This document shows, piece by piece, positions 44,255 to 57,722 of a stretch of DNA of 58,396 nt. Both the position numbers and the translations under genes were made by a program. Location of the stretch: the NCBI GenBank assembly GCA_036170735.1, contig JAVHPT010000078.1:1-58396 (forward strand), written 5' to 3'. Below the pieces are notes generated by a model. It saw only the letters and a list, made by a program, of their open reading frames with translations. It did no database searches and was not told where the DNA came from. How positions within the stretch are numbered: the stretch's first letter is position 1; every line of letters begins with the position of its first letter. The DNA is from Patescibacteria group bacterium (GTDB lineage Bacteria > Patescibacteriota > Gracilibacteria > BD1-5 > UBA2023).

Positions 44255-46558
44255 CTATTTTTCTTCTTTTCTCTTTTCTTCAATCTTCTTTAGTATTTCT
44301 TCAATCTTCTTTTCATCAGCAACTCATTTTAACTGAGCTTTAATTACATCATCAGGAACCTTAGTGAGCTTATCGAGATTCTTCTCTATTGCTGATACGA
44401 GCTTCTCCTTTGAATCTTCCTCAATTTTTAATATTGGGCTATCTAGTTTATAAGTAGTTTTTCCTAACTTTTCTTCAGTCACAATATTAAATGTATTATT
44501 TGTTGTTCCAGCTGTTCCAGTGGTAGACGAAGGTGATGATGCCTCTTTAGATTTTAAGAATTTTTCAGCCTTGTCTTTGTCAGTCATCATAGAATCTTTA
44601 CTTAACCATCTTGCCGCAAGAATTGTCTTGTCGTCTTCAGACAGATTCTCATCTTTTAACTTAGCTATATTAGCTTCTGTTAGGCTTCTATCTTGTAGAT
44701 AATTAGGTTTAGTTTTTTGCATTATACTAATAGTATCATCTATAAACTTTTTTCATTCCGTTCAGTGAACATCAAGTCACTTTGCTCGTGATGCATTAAG
44801 TGTGTCAATAGTTGTTCATAAGGTGCTACTATCAACTCAATTTTGGATTGCTTGGCTGAGTTTGACACGTTCAGCTTCGCCATAGACAACATTTGTTCCA
44901 AACATCTTACCTAATTTTCCTTCTATTTCTCAAAGTCGCTCACCTTCCTTCTTATTTAGTATGTTTTGTGGCATTTCTGCAACTCTTGACATTGAATTAG
45001 CACTCATTCCAATACCTGGAAGTGGCATATATTTTGGAAGGGACATACCGAGTTCTCCGATCTTCTTTCCCATCTGTTCGAATGGATCAATTGCAGCTTT
45101 TACTGCTTTGCTCACATTCTTCGCGGCCATGAAGGATGCCCAGACGAAGACGAGAGCAATGATATCTAGGATAATCGTACCGAACATACCACCAGCCGTA
45201 CTAAAGATACTTTGAGCCCCGGCAACCATATCACCATCCGCTTTTCAAGTAACTCACTTATACGTATAGGTCACTCATCAGAATTTTATCTCTGTCTCGG
45301 ATGTTTTAGTTTCTTTATTTAATTTTGATGTAATAGTGCTATCCGGATTTCATAATATGGACATAGTACATCCCTTACTTTGATCCTCCAGACAATTTCC
45401 TTTCGTTGGATCTATACTAGGTGTCTTTATCGTCGCGATGATAACGAGTCAGAACGATAATACAAGACCGACAACAGCAGGAACAAAGGCAAGTCCGATA
45501 AACTCCTTGAGACTGAAGTCATCCATCTTTTCCCCGAGAAGATCCTTGCCTACCACAAAATGCAGAGTAAAGAGCGGGGAAAATATCGCATACATCCAGA
45601 GCTTGATAGCTCGCATGGCAAGCATGAAAATAAGAGCTAGGACAAGGATCCCAAAAACGAGAAACATGAGTATGGCCATGATTCACTGGTTGATGAGTCA
45701 TCACACTGTAGAGATAACATTCATCTTTGTTGAGAGATCCTTCACTTCCTGGAACTTAAATATCCCATACGCATATATCATGAGAGGCCCCCATTGTCCA
45801 CCAGCTTTGGAAAGAAATGCTCACGGACTTGTACATACTCATTCTTGGTGAGGTCATACAAAATCTGCACCGCACTCCTTAGTTGATTCAGTTTTTCACG
45901 TTCATGAACTATTATCGTAAACAATTTTAGTAGGTATGATTTGAGAGTTCCACCATCCATTGTCAGCTGCAATGGTTTCCATAGGAATAGATATAACAGA
46001 AGCGGTTACCACGCTTGCAAGAGAGATAGTCCACTGGACGAACCACCAGGTAAATGGCACCATGATAATTCCAAGAGCAAGTTTCGGAAGCATCACCTTG
46101 TAGCCGAACTTCTCTTGATTGAACATCGTGGCGAGCGCGATAATGATGAGGAGTACCGCATAGACAAAGTAGAGGATATTGGATACCGTTACCCAGAGAC
46201 TATGCATAATTGTACGGAGGCCGAAGAGATCACCACTGGTCCAGTCTGGAGACATGAGCCAACCAGCGAGCATAATTGCCGGAGATGCAATAAATGTGAC
46301 AATACCAAGGATAATATTTAATCCAGCAACGAGATTATTCATCATCTTCTTTACGTCTGTATCGGTAGCTGGGTCTGTTTTTGGTGCTGCTGCGGGAGTC
46401 ACTGCAGATCCAGGTGCAGGCGTTGCTACGTCACCCGCCATGGCGGTATTTACTTGTACAAATTGAATATTTCCAACATTCCCTCTTTCTATACTCACAA
46501 AAAATCCCCCAATTGCAATCAGGGTTATGAGTGAAGATGTGAGGATTTTCCGTATCAT
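44255..46558 (-). CDS. Large (767-aa) polytopic membrane protein, possibly TrbL/VirB6-like
   Basis: One frame joins track ORFs 45902-46576, 45449-45679, 44930-45229 and 44324-44722. Every line from 44221 to 45960 was checked and shows only TGA interruptions. It has a signal/TM N-terminus, a P/A/T linker, at least 6 TM helices with Trp-rich loops (VPFTWWFVQWTISL), and a charged coiled-coil C-terminal third. Confidence 0.6.
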
Positions 46559-46594
46559 GTTGATATTACACCACAATGTGTATTTTTTTGCAAA

Positions 46595-47440
46595 TTATTG
46601 GAGTGTTTTGCTCGCATTGTATTGTGTCTCAGTTTGTATGAGGTTCAGTTGCTTGAGTATATCAGATCCAGAATTGGGAATAGTGATGACAGAACGTTTG
46701 ATAAGAGCTTCACGATTGGTAACGAGTGTATCGAGCATCTTCCTGTTCTCTGCCTGAAGAGTATTGTAGATTTGATGGAAGTTCTCTAGATATACGAGAT
46801 ATACACGAGCTCGGATATCAGCTTGCTTGGCTTGTGTATAGCTCGTGATAGTAGCATCAACGCTCGTATAATCAAGTCCGTCATAGGAGGCCTGCATACC
46901 TGCCTTTGCAGCCGTAGTATCGGTCGCGCTTTTTGCGATGATGGCGTTGAGGTCTGTTATCTGCTCATCAAGGAGGGCAAGTCGATCATTGGTACTGTTC
47001 CCATAATCTTTGAGAAGTGCGATATATTCGTCGAGAGTGATAGTCCGATCAGTGGCACCGTCAAGCATCTTGATAATATCTGTTTTGAGAATATTATTAT
47101 ACGTACTGATGGCAAGCATGTTCCCACCGATGAGACGTTTCTGTCCGTCCCCTGGATTGGAGAGTACTTCCGCTATAGATATGATATCATTTGAGAGATT
47201 GATTGGAGTATTGGCGCTTTGTTTAACCTTTTGTCCTATATTGAGACTCATTGCCGTTGCAATATTTCCGAGATATGTCACGTTCGATTGTGCAAAACGA
47301 GCATCATTGGAACTTGCATTGGTAGACAATCCAAGCATCGGTGCTATATACCCCCATGAGAGATGGAGAGCGAGCGTGAAGAAAAGAGTCAGGATGAGTG
47401 TATTTTTTATGAAGTCCTTGATTTCGTGTCTGAAAAACAT
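46595..47440 (-). CDS. Hypothetical membrane-anchored coiled-coil protein (281 aa)
   Basis: Intact track ORF with the N-terminal TM segment NTLILTLFFTLALHLSWGYIA followed by heptad-like T/A/D/L-rich sequence. There is no in-frame TGA. Confidence 0.65.
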   Translation of the reverse strand: MFFRHEIKDFIKNTLILTLFFTLALHLSWGYIAPMLGLSTNASSNDARFAQSNVTYLGNIATAMSLNIGQKVKQSANTPINLSNDIISIAEVLSNPGDGQKRLIGGNMLAISTYNNILKTDIIKMLDGATDRTITLDEYIALLKDYGNSTNDRLALLDEQITDLNAIIAKSATDTTAAKAGMQASYDGLDYTSVDATITSYTQAKQADIRARVYLVYLENFHQIYNTLQAENRKMLDTLVTNREALIKRSVITIPNSGSDILKQLNLIQTETQYNASKTLQ

Positions 47441-47563
47441 AAACTAAGCGAGTGTTATTAGCCGTAAATTAGAAGGTTCCCTTTTGAGTTATCAAACTCT
47501 GGAAGCTCTTCATTCTACTTTCCCTCTAATTCTATCCATTACTTTTCTTTTTGGCAAATAAAA

Positions 47564-49843
47564 ATGCGCTTTTCTCGAATTTTTCTCATCATTTGCCTCA
47601 TTCTCCTCGTTTCAACTATTGGATTTAAACCAAAGTATGATCTTTCCGTTGAGCGGACGGGTGTTTCATCGTGAATAGGAGTATACGAGGGTGGCATGTA
47701 TATGGTAACCTATACTCAGAAAGTATGAGGTCCAAAAAATACCTGGTATCTTGGAGTTGATAAAAGTGTCTGACTTTCTGATATCTGAGATCTGTGTGTT
47801 GATTGGAAGATAGGAAATGAAGAAAAATCTAGCACCGAATGTCTTGATATTGATGCCGAAAATAGTGCAAATAATGAGGATAGTGCGGACAGTGTATTCA
47901 CTTTTCCAATTCTTTCACAAAATATTTCAAGTGGCATCCACTTTACTGTCCGTTCAACCAAGCCTTTTCAAGATAGAGATATAACACTATACTCTATGAA
48001 TACTCAAGCTCAATGATATGATCTTGCGTTCGAGCTTCCGAAACTCACGGCTGATACGACCGTTGTTTCTCGTGCCGATTGGTGAGCTGATGAGACGATG
48101 CGGTATGCTGACAGTTCCTATTGGAAAGAGAAGTATCCTGATTATCTCAAGTATGTTCAGAGGCCAAAGACGCAATCAGAGCTTGATGCAATATATCTTG
48201 ATAGGGCTCGTGTAGATTTCCTGAAGAAATATTTTCCAGATACAACTAAAACGATGAGTCTTTCTCGGTATAACAATGGACATCTCCTCGTATGGCCAAC
48301 CCAGAAGGTAAAAAAAGTAAATAGAATCGTTTTGCACCATACTGCGGAAGATATGAATTCAGCAGCGAGCGATGAAGAGGTACTTCGTGCTATGTATGCG
48401 TATCATACACTCTCACGTCAGTGGGGAGATATAGGATACAACTATATTGTCTGACAGCGAGGAAAGATATATGAGTGACGTGCAGGAGGAGACTACGTCG
48501 TTGCTTCTCATACACAGTACAATAATATGGGAACTGTTGGGATTGCAACCATGGGAAATTTCCAGAACATGACACTTAATCGAGATCAACAAGCCGGACT
48601 CGAAGAGGCAATTACGATGGTTGCAAAAAAGTATGGTATAACTCTCTCTGCTCAGGTTCCGTGAGTGCATGTATGTAATACGGCGACATGTTCACCCCTT
48701 CAGCTCTTTACGGGCTCATCACTCCTTGGGCATAGAGATATTGGCGTAACGGCATGTCCAGGTGACAACCTCTACAAGTTGATCCTTCCTCTTATCGAGA
48801 AACTTAATGTACCATATATTTCAGTTTTGAATACAACTTTTGGGACAATCGATCCACCACCAAAAGAAGAGAAGATGAATATGGCTCCCATGACAACCAT
48901 CATTTCTTCTCCACCATCATGACAAGATATTCACTTGCTGGTAGCTTCCTTCAAAAGAGTTCAATATGTTGGGAAGAAACTAAAGGTAAAACTTTCTTAT
49001 CCAGATGAGAAGAATATCGCTCTCTCACCCCTCGATCCTAGTGTTCGAAATATTTCATTATGATCAAAGAAGCTAAAGTCTAGAACATGAGAAAAGATAG
49101 AAGTATGAATAGTATGAAATAACCAACTTGAAGTAAAAATAGGAGCGAATAAATATATATGAAAATATCTAAAGGTCGCAAGTACTGTTGTTCAGATTGA
49201 TTCTTGGACGAGGATTCCTGCATGGGACTCAGGGAAGAATCATAATGATAATCTCTTCAGAGATACAGTAACAGTGAAAAATGATAACGGAAAACTCCTT
49301 ATTATCAATGAGCTTCCTCTTGAGTGGTATCTCAAGTGACTTGGTGAAGTCTCCAATGGAGATATGCCAGAAAAGATAAAAACAATTATTGTTGCAGCAC
49401 GTTCATATGCAAAATACTATATGAGTCCACAAAATCGAAAGTACAAAACTTCTCTTTATGATGCCTCGGATGATCCAGATTCGTTCCAGAAGTATCTCTG
49501 ATATAGTTATGAAAGCCGATCTCTCAATGTTGCTCATCAAGTAGATGCGACAAAGTGACTTGTGATAACATACAATAAGAAGCCAATCAAGCCTTGGTAT
49601 TTCTCCTCTTCTAGCTGAAAGACATTATCCTATCTTGAATATTGTAGAAGTTCGTGAAAATCAGATTGTTCAGATATTCCATATCTACAATCAGTAGATG
49701 ATCCTGGTGCATATGGGCATACACAATCAGGTCATGGAGTTGGGATTTCTTGAGTCTGAGCAACATATTGGGCCGGACAATGATGGGATTATACGAAGAT
49801 TATTGCTTATTATCTTCCAGGGACGAAGGTGGAGAGGAAATAA
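47564..49843 (+). CDS. Fusion of N-acetylmuramoyl-L-alanine amidase (amidase_2/PGRP) and a SpoIID/LytB-like domain
   Basis: The signal is MRFSRIFLIICLILLVSTIG. The amidase_2 region is RIVLHHTAED...YAYHTLSRQWGDIGYNYIV-G-QRGKIYE-G-RAGG...GHRDIGVTACPG. The SpoIID region is IIVAARSYAKYY...DDPDSFQKYL-G-Y...KPWYFSSSS-G-KT...GHGVGIS-G-V-G-A. 759 aa; the frame was checked. Confidence 0.85.
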
Positions 49844-49852
49844 GTGTATTTC

Positions 49853-50114
49853 TGTCATTCCTGACTTATTCAGGAATCCAGTGCTTCCGTTATTCTGAGT
49901 GTAGCGAAGAACCCAGGATTTCTTCCACGTAATTCCCTTTATCTTTTATAAGTGAAAAGTAACAAAAGCTTCTTCTTTTTGGTTTGCTCGTTTTGTATTC
50001 TGTTTCCGACTCGTTTTCTAAAATTGCAAGACTAAGAAACGACTCGCAATTTTCATGAGAACTTCGTCGACAGAAAAAGCAAAACTTACAAAAAGAAAGA
50101 AGCAAAACAGAAAC
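49853..50114 (+). repeat. Mosaic intergenic repeat, locus C
   Basis: tgtcattcctgacttattcaggaatcca (hairpin, as in locus A); ccgttattctgagtgtagcgaagaacccaggatttc. The gaaaagtaacaaaagcttcttcttttt...gtttccga and cttcgtcgacagaaaaagcaaaacttacaaaaa modules match locus B. Confidence 0.85.
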
Positions 50115-50130
50115 AAGAAATTATCTTTCG

Positions 50131-52245
<2,115 letters not shown>

Positions 52246-52395
52246 GGAGGAAAGTATAGGGAAAAATAAGAGAAAAGCAAAGCCGTATGGATAGAATTTT
52301 CTTTTGCTTTTTCCCATTTTTCACTATAATCCGCCCACGTTATTTGGACGGATTTTTCTTTCCAGATTTTATAGTTTTAATTATCTATCTACATT

Positions 52396-53724
52396 ATGCA
52401 ATATACTGTTACACGTAAGAATTCATATACACTCGTTGTAAATATCAAGGAGTCTGGTGTTGAGCTTGAGAAGGCTCGAAAGCATATTATTGAAGAGATT
52501 CGAACGAAAGGAAAGGTGAAGGGTTTCAAGCAAGGGTCTCAGATTCCTGATGCTATTATTGTCCGTGAATTTGGAGAAGCTATGATCGAACAACAAGCAC
52601 TTGATTTCCTTCTTGAAAAGATGTATCCAAAAGTTCTCAAGAAGGAAAATATTACTCCTGTTGCTCCAGGAAATATTACCGAGGTAAAGAGTACTAATCC
52701 TGTTGAGCTTACGCTTGAGATTGAAGTTTTTCCTGAGATTGAGATCGATGAAAAAAAGCTTGGTAAGATTCGTGTAAAACGGACAGCTGTTACGGCTGAA
52801 GAGAAAGAGGTTGATACTGAACTTGATGCTATTAAGTCAAAATTTACCCATTTTCACAATGCCGGAGAACATACGGAAGATGGAGCTGATACTTCAAATG
52901 AAAAGATTGATAAAGGTGATCGTGTAACGATTACAGCTCAAGGATATGATAAAAAGGGTGGTGAAGCTATCAAGGAAACTCATGTTCCAAGTTATCCTCT
53001 TGTTATCGGTTCCAATTCATTTATCCCGGGATTTGAAGAAGAGCTTATTGGAGCAAAGGCTGGAGATGAGGTTGCTTTTGATGTTACGTTTCCAAAGGAT
53101 TATCATGCCGATGAATTTAAGTCACGTAAAGTTCACTTTGTTGCAAATGTTGAAAAAATCGAAAAGCCACATACTCCCGAATTTACTCCCGAATTTATCG
53201 AAAAGCTTCGTGGTGTAAAAACAGATCTTGTTGGCCTTCGAGAAATTCTGCAGAATGAGATCCTTGCACGCAAAGAACAAGAGGTCCGCAATAAAGATGA
53301 GAATATTCTTATGCAGCAAATACTCGAAGTGAGTAGTTTCGAAATTGGGCCAGCTCTTCTTCATGCTGAAACAGAGCAGATTTTCCGTGAGCAGAGCGCT
53401 AATCTTGAAGAGCAAGGTCTCAATATGAAGATGTATCTTGAACATGCAAAAAAAAGTGAAGAAGGATATAAGGAAGAGATAGTAAAACCTGAAGCAGAAC
53501 GTCGTATCAAAGCAGAACTTCTTCTTCGAAAGATTCGCGAAATTCGTGGAATCGAAGCAACAGAAGATGAAGTAAAAGCAGAAGTTGAGAGGGTGATTGC
53601 ACAATATGGCAGTTCTGACGTAGTTGAGCGTCTTAGGGCCAAACTCATTTCAGGGGATGCATACTATGAGGAAATCAAGTCTCGTGTTACTTATCGCAAG
53701 GTAGTTGACGGATTTTGGGAATAG
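52396..53724 (+). CDS. tig: Trigger factor
   Basis: Intact 442-aa ORF. It has an N-terminal ribosome-binding region (GFKQGSQIP), a PPIase-like middle region (FIPGFEEELIGAKAGDE) and a helical C-domain. There is no in-frame TGA. Confidence 0.93.
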   Translation: MQYTVTRKNSYTLVVNIKESGVELEKARKHIIEEIRTKGKVKGFKQGSQIPDAIIVREFGEAMIEQQALDFLLEKMYPKVLKKENITPVAPGNITEVKSTNPVELTLEIEVFPEIEIDEKKLGKIRVKRTAVTAEEKEVDTELDAIKSKFTHFHNAGEHTEDGADTSNEKIDKGDRVTITAQGYDKKGGEAIKETHVPSYPLVIGSNSFIPGFEEELIGAKAGDEVAFDVTFPKDYHADEFKSRKVHFVANVEKIEKPHTPEFTPEFIEKLRGVKTDLVGLREILQNEILARKEQEVRNKDENILMQQILEVSSFEIGPALLHAETEQIFREQSANLEEQGLNMKMYLEHAKKSEEGYKEEIVKPEAERRIKAELLLRKIREIRGIEATEDEVKAEVERVIAQYGSSDVVERLRAKLISGDAYYEEIKSRVTYRKVVDGFWE

Positions 53725-53929
53725 AGGAAATTTCCGAAAAACGGCGAATCTCTTTGTCAGAAAAATTTATTTCTTGGTCATTTACAAATATAGTAAATTC
53801 CCTTCGAAAAAATTTTTCTTCCTCGAGCTTCTTGTTTTTGGAAAATCCCCTAAAGTTTATTAGTTTTTCTTTTTGAAAATACCTCTGAAAAATATATACT
53901 TCGGAGGTATTTTTTTATCCAATTTTTTT

Positions 53930-54610
53930 ATGCACTCGTACGAAATTGAAATCAAGGTTCTTCTCGGAGATAAGCCATCTCGTGATAATTTCATGAATGC
54001 GGTGAATATCAACTTTCCTGCCACGAAGCATTCGTATTCTGAATCACAGAAGAACCACTACTTTGAAGGAGGAACTCTCGAAAAACTCGCAGAGGTTTTT
54101 ACTTCCAATGTTTCCAGCGAAGAAATCAAGAGACTTCATGATATTCGAGAGAATACGAAGAACTTCTCTGTTCGTACACGAGGAACAAAAACAGAGACAA
54201 TCCTTGTAGTAAAAGCAACAGTCAATGATGAGTCAAGCGCAAATGGAACGGCTCGTATTGAATGGGAAGTTAATCTCGCTCCGATGATGCTCGAAGAGAT
54301 AGATGAATTGGTTTTAGAAGCAGGATTCAATTACCAGGCAAAGTGGTCACGGGATCGAGAAGAGTATCAACTGGATCATGATACAGCAGTTTGTATAGAT
54401 AAAAATGCCGGATATGGATATCTCGCAGAGTTCGAGCGAGTTATTACAGACGCTTCTCAGATTGGATCAACTCGTTCCGAACTCCTCAGTATCATCGAGT
54501 CACTTGGTTACACTGAACTCGATCAGGCCCGTTTGGCCCGGATGTTTGACTTCTATAACAAGAATTGGAAAGACTACTATGGGACAGAGAAGGTCTTTAC
54601 TATAGTGTAA
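53930..54610 (+). CDS. CYTH-domain protein (class IV adenylate cyclase / triphosphatase-like)
   Basis: MHSYEIEIKVLL (ExExK), ...SVRTRG..., ILVVKA, RIEWEV, GYGYLAEFE. 226 aa. I prefer the ATG at 53930 to the track start at 53873. Confidence 0.75.
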   Translation: MHSYEIEIKVLLGDKPSRDNFMNAVNINFPATKHSYSESQKNHYFEGGTLEKLAEVFTSNVSSEEIKRLHDIRENTKNFSVRTRGTKTETILVVKATVNDESSANGTARIEWEVNLAPMMLEEIDELVLEAGFNYQAKWSRDREEYQLDHDTAVCIDKNAGYGYLAEFERVITDASQIGSTRSELLSIIESLGYTELDQARLARMFDFYNKNWKDYYGTEKVFTIV

Positions 54611-55372
54611 ATGTCAGAAGAACTCAAAATACTCATCAATTTCATTATCTGACTTTTCTCAGCTTATTTTGGTAGCTTTGCTTCTGGAGGAGTTTCGGTT
54701 CTCGGTATCGGATTTCTTACGATGCTTGGGATTCCTCCGCAGATGGCAACGATTACCTTCAAGCTCGGGAAGATTGGAGATGTTCTCGGTGGAGTATTTC
54801 TCTTTTATAAACACGGACATATCAATACACGATATTTTCTCTGGGGAGGGATCGCTTCCGTTATCGGGAGCTTTGGCTGAACCTATCTGATTTTCTCTAT
54901 TCCTGACCAAGTCATCTACTTTGTTTCCGCGATTACGATGATTGTACTCGCAATCGTTTCTTGGTATAAAAAATCAGGAATACAGCCACAAGAAAAGATA
55001 TCAAAAAAACGAGAATACCTCTACTATCTTTGCCTATTTTGTCTCACGTTTGTCGGGAATCTTTTTATTGCTGGTTCAGGAGTCTGGTACTATTTTGTCA
55101 ATACATTCGTGATCAGACTATCTTCGCTTGAGGCAAAGTGACAGGCAACCGCTATGAGTGTCTTTTGGTTCATCGGGACGTTTCTTGCCATACTTGTTCA
55201 GTGACAATATGTATTCTCTTGGGCAGTAGCACTTGGGTTGGGTATGCTGATTGGAGGATATTTCGGTACAAAACATATCATAAAAATTGGAAATCAAGCA
55301 CTTCGGAATATACTACTGGGCACAATAGTTGTATTTGCTCTTTATTTCCTTTATCTTGCATTCCATGTCTAA
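54611..55372 (+). CDS. TauE/SafE (DUF81) family anion exporter
   Basis: 253 aa, polytopic: FGSFASGGVSVLGIGFL...GSF-G-GTYL...LGMLIGGYFGTKH. The stop overlaps the thyA start. Confidence 0.75.
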
Positions 55373-56330
55373 ACATCCAGAATATCAATACCTCGATCTT
55401 GCGGAGCGTATTCTCACCGAATGAGTCAAAAATGTTGACCGTGCCAATGGAGATGTATCGTACAGTCTCTTCGGGGCACAGTGTCGATACGATCTCTCAA
55501 AGAGTTTTCCACTCCTCACGACGAAAAAAGTTTACTGGAAAGGAGTCGTAACTGAACTCATCTGGTTCCTTACTGGACAATCCAATATCCGCTTCTTGGT
55601 CGAAAATAATGTCCATATCTGGGATGATTATCCATACTATGTGTACAACGGAAAAGTAAAAAAGGGTGAACTCCCAGCTATGACCAAGGAAGAATTTATA
55701 GCGAAAATCCTCGAAGATGCAGATTTTGCAGAAAAGTATGGCAATCTCAAAAATATCTATGGTGAGGCATGGAGGCATTGGCCAACCAAGGATCCAGAGC
55801 GAACGGTTGATCAGATAAAATTCGTCCTTCGTGAGCTCACTGAGGATCCAGACGCACGCAACGCGATCGTGACAGCATGGAATCCGGAGTTTATGTATAC
55901 CATGGCAAAACCTGAAGAAGCAAATAAGTTCCCCATCTGTCATGCGATGTTCCAGTTCTCTATCAAGGATGGAAAACTCTCTTGTCAACTCTATCAGCGC
56001 TCGGCAGACCTCTTTCTCGGGGTGCCGTTCAATATTGCTTCGTATGCACTCCTCACTCATATCCTCGCCAAGCTCCTCGGAGTTGGAGTAGGGGATTTTG
56101 TCCACACATTCGGTGATGTGCATATCTACGAGACCCATGTTGAGCAGATGCGCGAGCAACTTGCCCGTGATCCAAAAGAATTCCCAACTCTCACTATCAG
56201 TGATTCTCTCGTGGATATTGACCATGTTACTCATGATATGATCATCCTCGAGAACTACGATCCACATCCGCCTATCAAGGCAGCGATGGCGGTAGTTGGA
56301 GGAATGGTGGGAAGAGATGAGGAGAATTAA
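55365..56330 (+). CDS. thyA: Thymidylate synthase (long form with insertion)
   Basis: MSKHPEYQYLDLAERILTE-G-VKNVDRANGDVSYSLFG...FPLLTTKKVYWKGVVTELIWFL...AWNP...PICHAMFQF...QRSADLFLGVPFNIASYALLTHI...GDVHIY; 321 aa. Confidence 0.96.
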
Positions 56331-56339
56331 TATACAGAA

Positions 56340-57209
56340 ATGATCCTCCTCTACGCCTTTTTCGTTCTCACATTTCTCAATGCTTTCAAGGATATCGCTA
56401 TCAAGAAGTGACTTCAGAACCTGAGTCCAGGTGCAATGACAGGGATTACGTCCCTCACCTTGATTTTTGTTAGTATTCCATTTATCCTTCGTGAAGGTAT
56501 TCCTGATCATATTGACTCTTCATTTGTTTGGGTAGTTCTGGGTGGTGGGGTTTTTTACTATTTCGGAAAGTTTTTTAACTTCACCGCTCTTTCCCTCGGG
56601 GATATCTCCTATATTGCTCCGATGAAGGGGCTCGTGAGTATTGCGGTTATCTTTTCGAGTCTCTTGCTTCTTGGAGAGTGAGTATCGCTTGGTGGATGAT
56701 TCGGGATTTTTCTCATCTTCGCGGGAACCTATTTCCTCGCTCTCGAAAAAACTCACACGCATGTACTGGCTCCGATTCAGGCACTTTGGACCAATGCTGG
56801 CTCCAAGATGTATCTCGTTTCTGTCCTTATGTATGGATTTACTGTGACTTTTGATCGTATGGGAGTACATGCGAGCTCCATCTGGATTTGGACGTTTCTC
56901 ATGAATTTTATCATGTTTATTATGAGCTCTCGTGATGTATACAGTGAGAGGAAAACTATCCGACAAGATATGAGAAAATATTGGAAAGTTCTCTTTTTAA
57001 TTCTCTCTCTGCACGTATTGGTCTACGTATCACAGATGTGGATTGTATCACAGGTGATTGCTCCATACACGAGCGGGTTTAAGGCAGCCTCGGCGCTCTT
57101 TGCGGTGATACTTGGTGGTTGGTTTTTCATGGAAAAAGATTTATTCAAGCGTTTTGTTGCCGCAGCTATTATCTTCGTATGAGTGCTCTGTATAGGATTC
57201 TTGGGATAA
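56340..57209 (+). CDS. EamA/DMT-family transporter
   Basis: 289 aa and about 10 TM segments. Joins track ORFs 56436-56681 and 56808-57182 through TGA; stop is TAA 57207-57209. Confidence 0.75.
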
Positions 57210-57248
57210 AAAATTGCTTCTTTAAATGAGATTCATATACTTTCATGT

Positions 57249-57722
57249 ATGCAAATCATCGCCATTCTTGCTATGGATGAATCTCTTCTTATCGGGAAGA
57301 GTAATGGACTCCCATGGCACATACCCGAAGACATGAAGCGTTTCCGTGAGTTCACCACGGGTGGTATTGTCGTGATGGGGAGGAATACGTATTTTTCTCT
57401 TCCAGAGAAGGTTCGTCCGCTCCCGAACCGTCGTAATATCGTGATCACTCGGACTCCAATTCTAGGCATTGAATGCTACTCAAGTATTGAGGATTTTATA
57501 GAATCTATGAAGAATGAGAAAGTATGAAAAGTATACCTCATCGGTTGAGCATCTCTCTATAATCAATTCTACGAGAAGTGACTGGTTGATGAAGTTGAGC
57601 TTACACTTCTTTCCTGAGCGCATGAATGAGATATATTCGTGAACGAGTGGAGAGATGATTTCGTAGAGATTAAGAGTGAAGACTTTGAGCAAGGGAAGTT
57701 TATTACCTTAGAGAGAAAATAA
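57249..57722 (+). CDS. folA: Dihydrofolate reductase
   Basis: MQIIAILAMDESLLIGKSNGLPWHIPEDMKRFREFTTGGIVVMGRNTY...RRNIVITR...-G-KVYLIG-G-ASLY...E-G-DIF; 157 aa. Confidence 0.92.
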
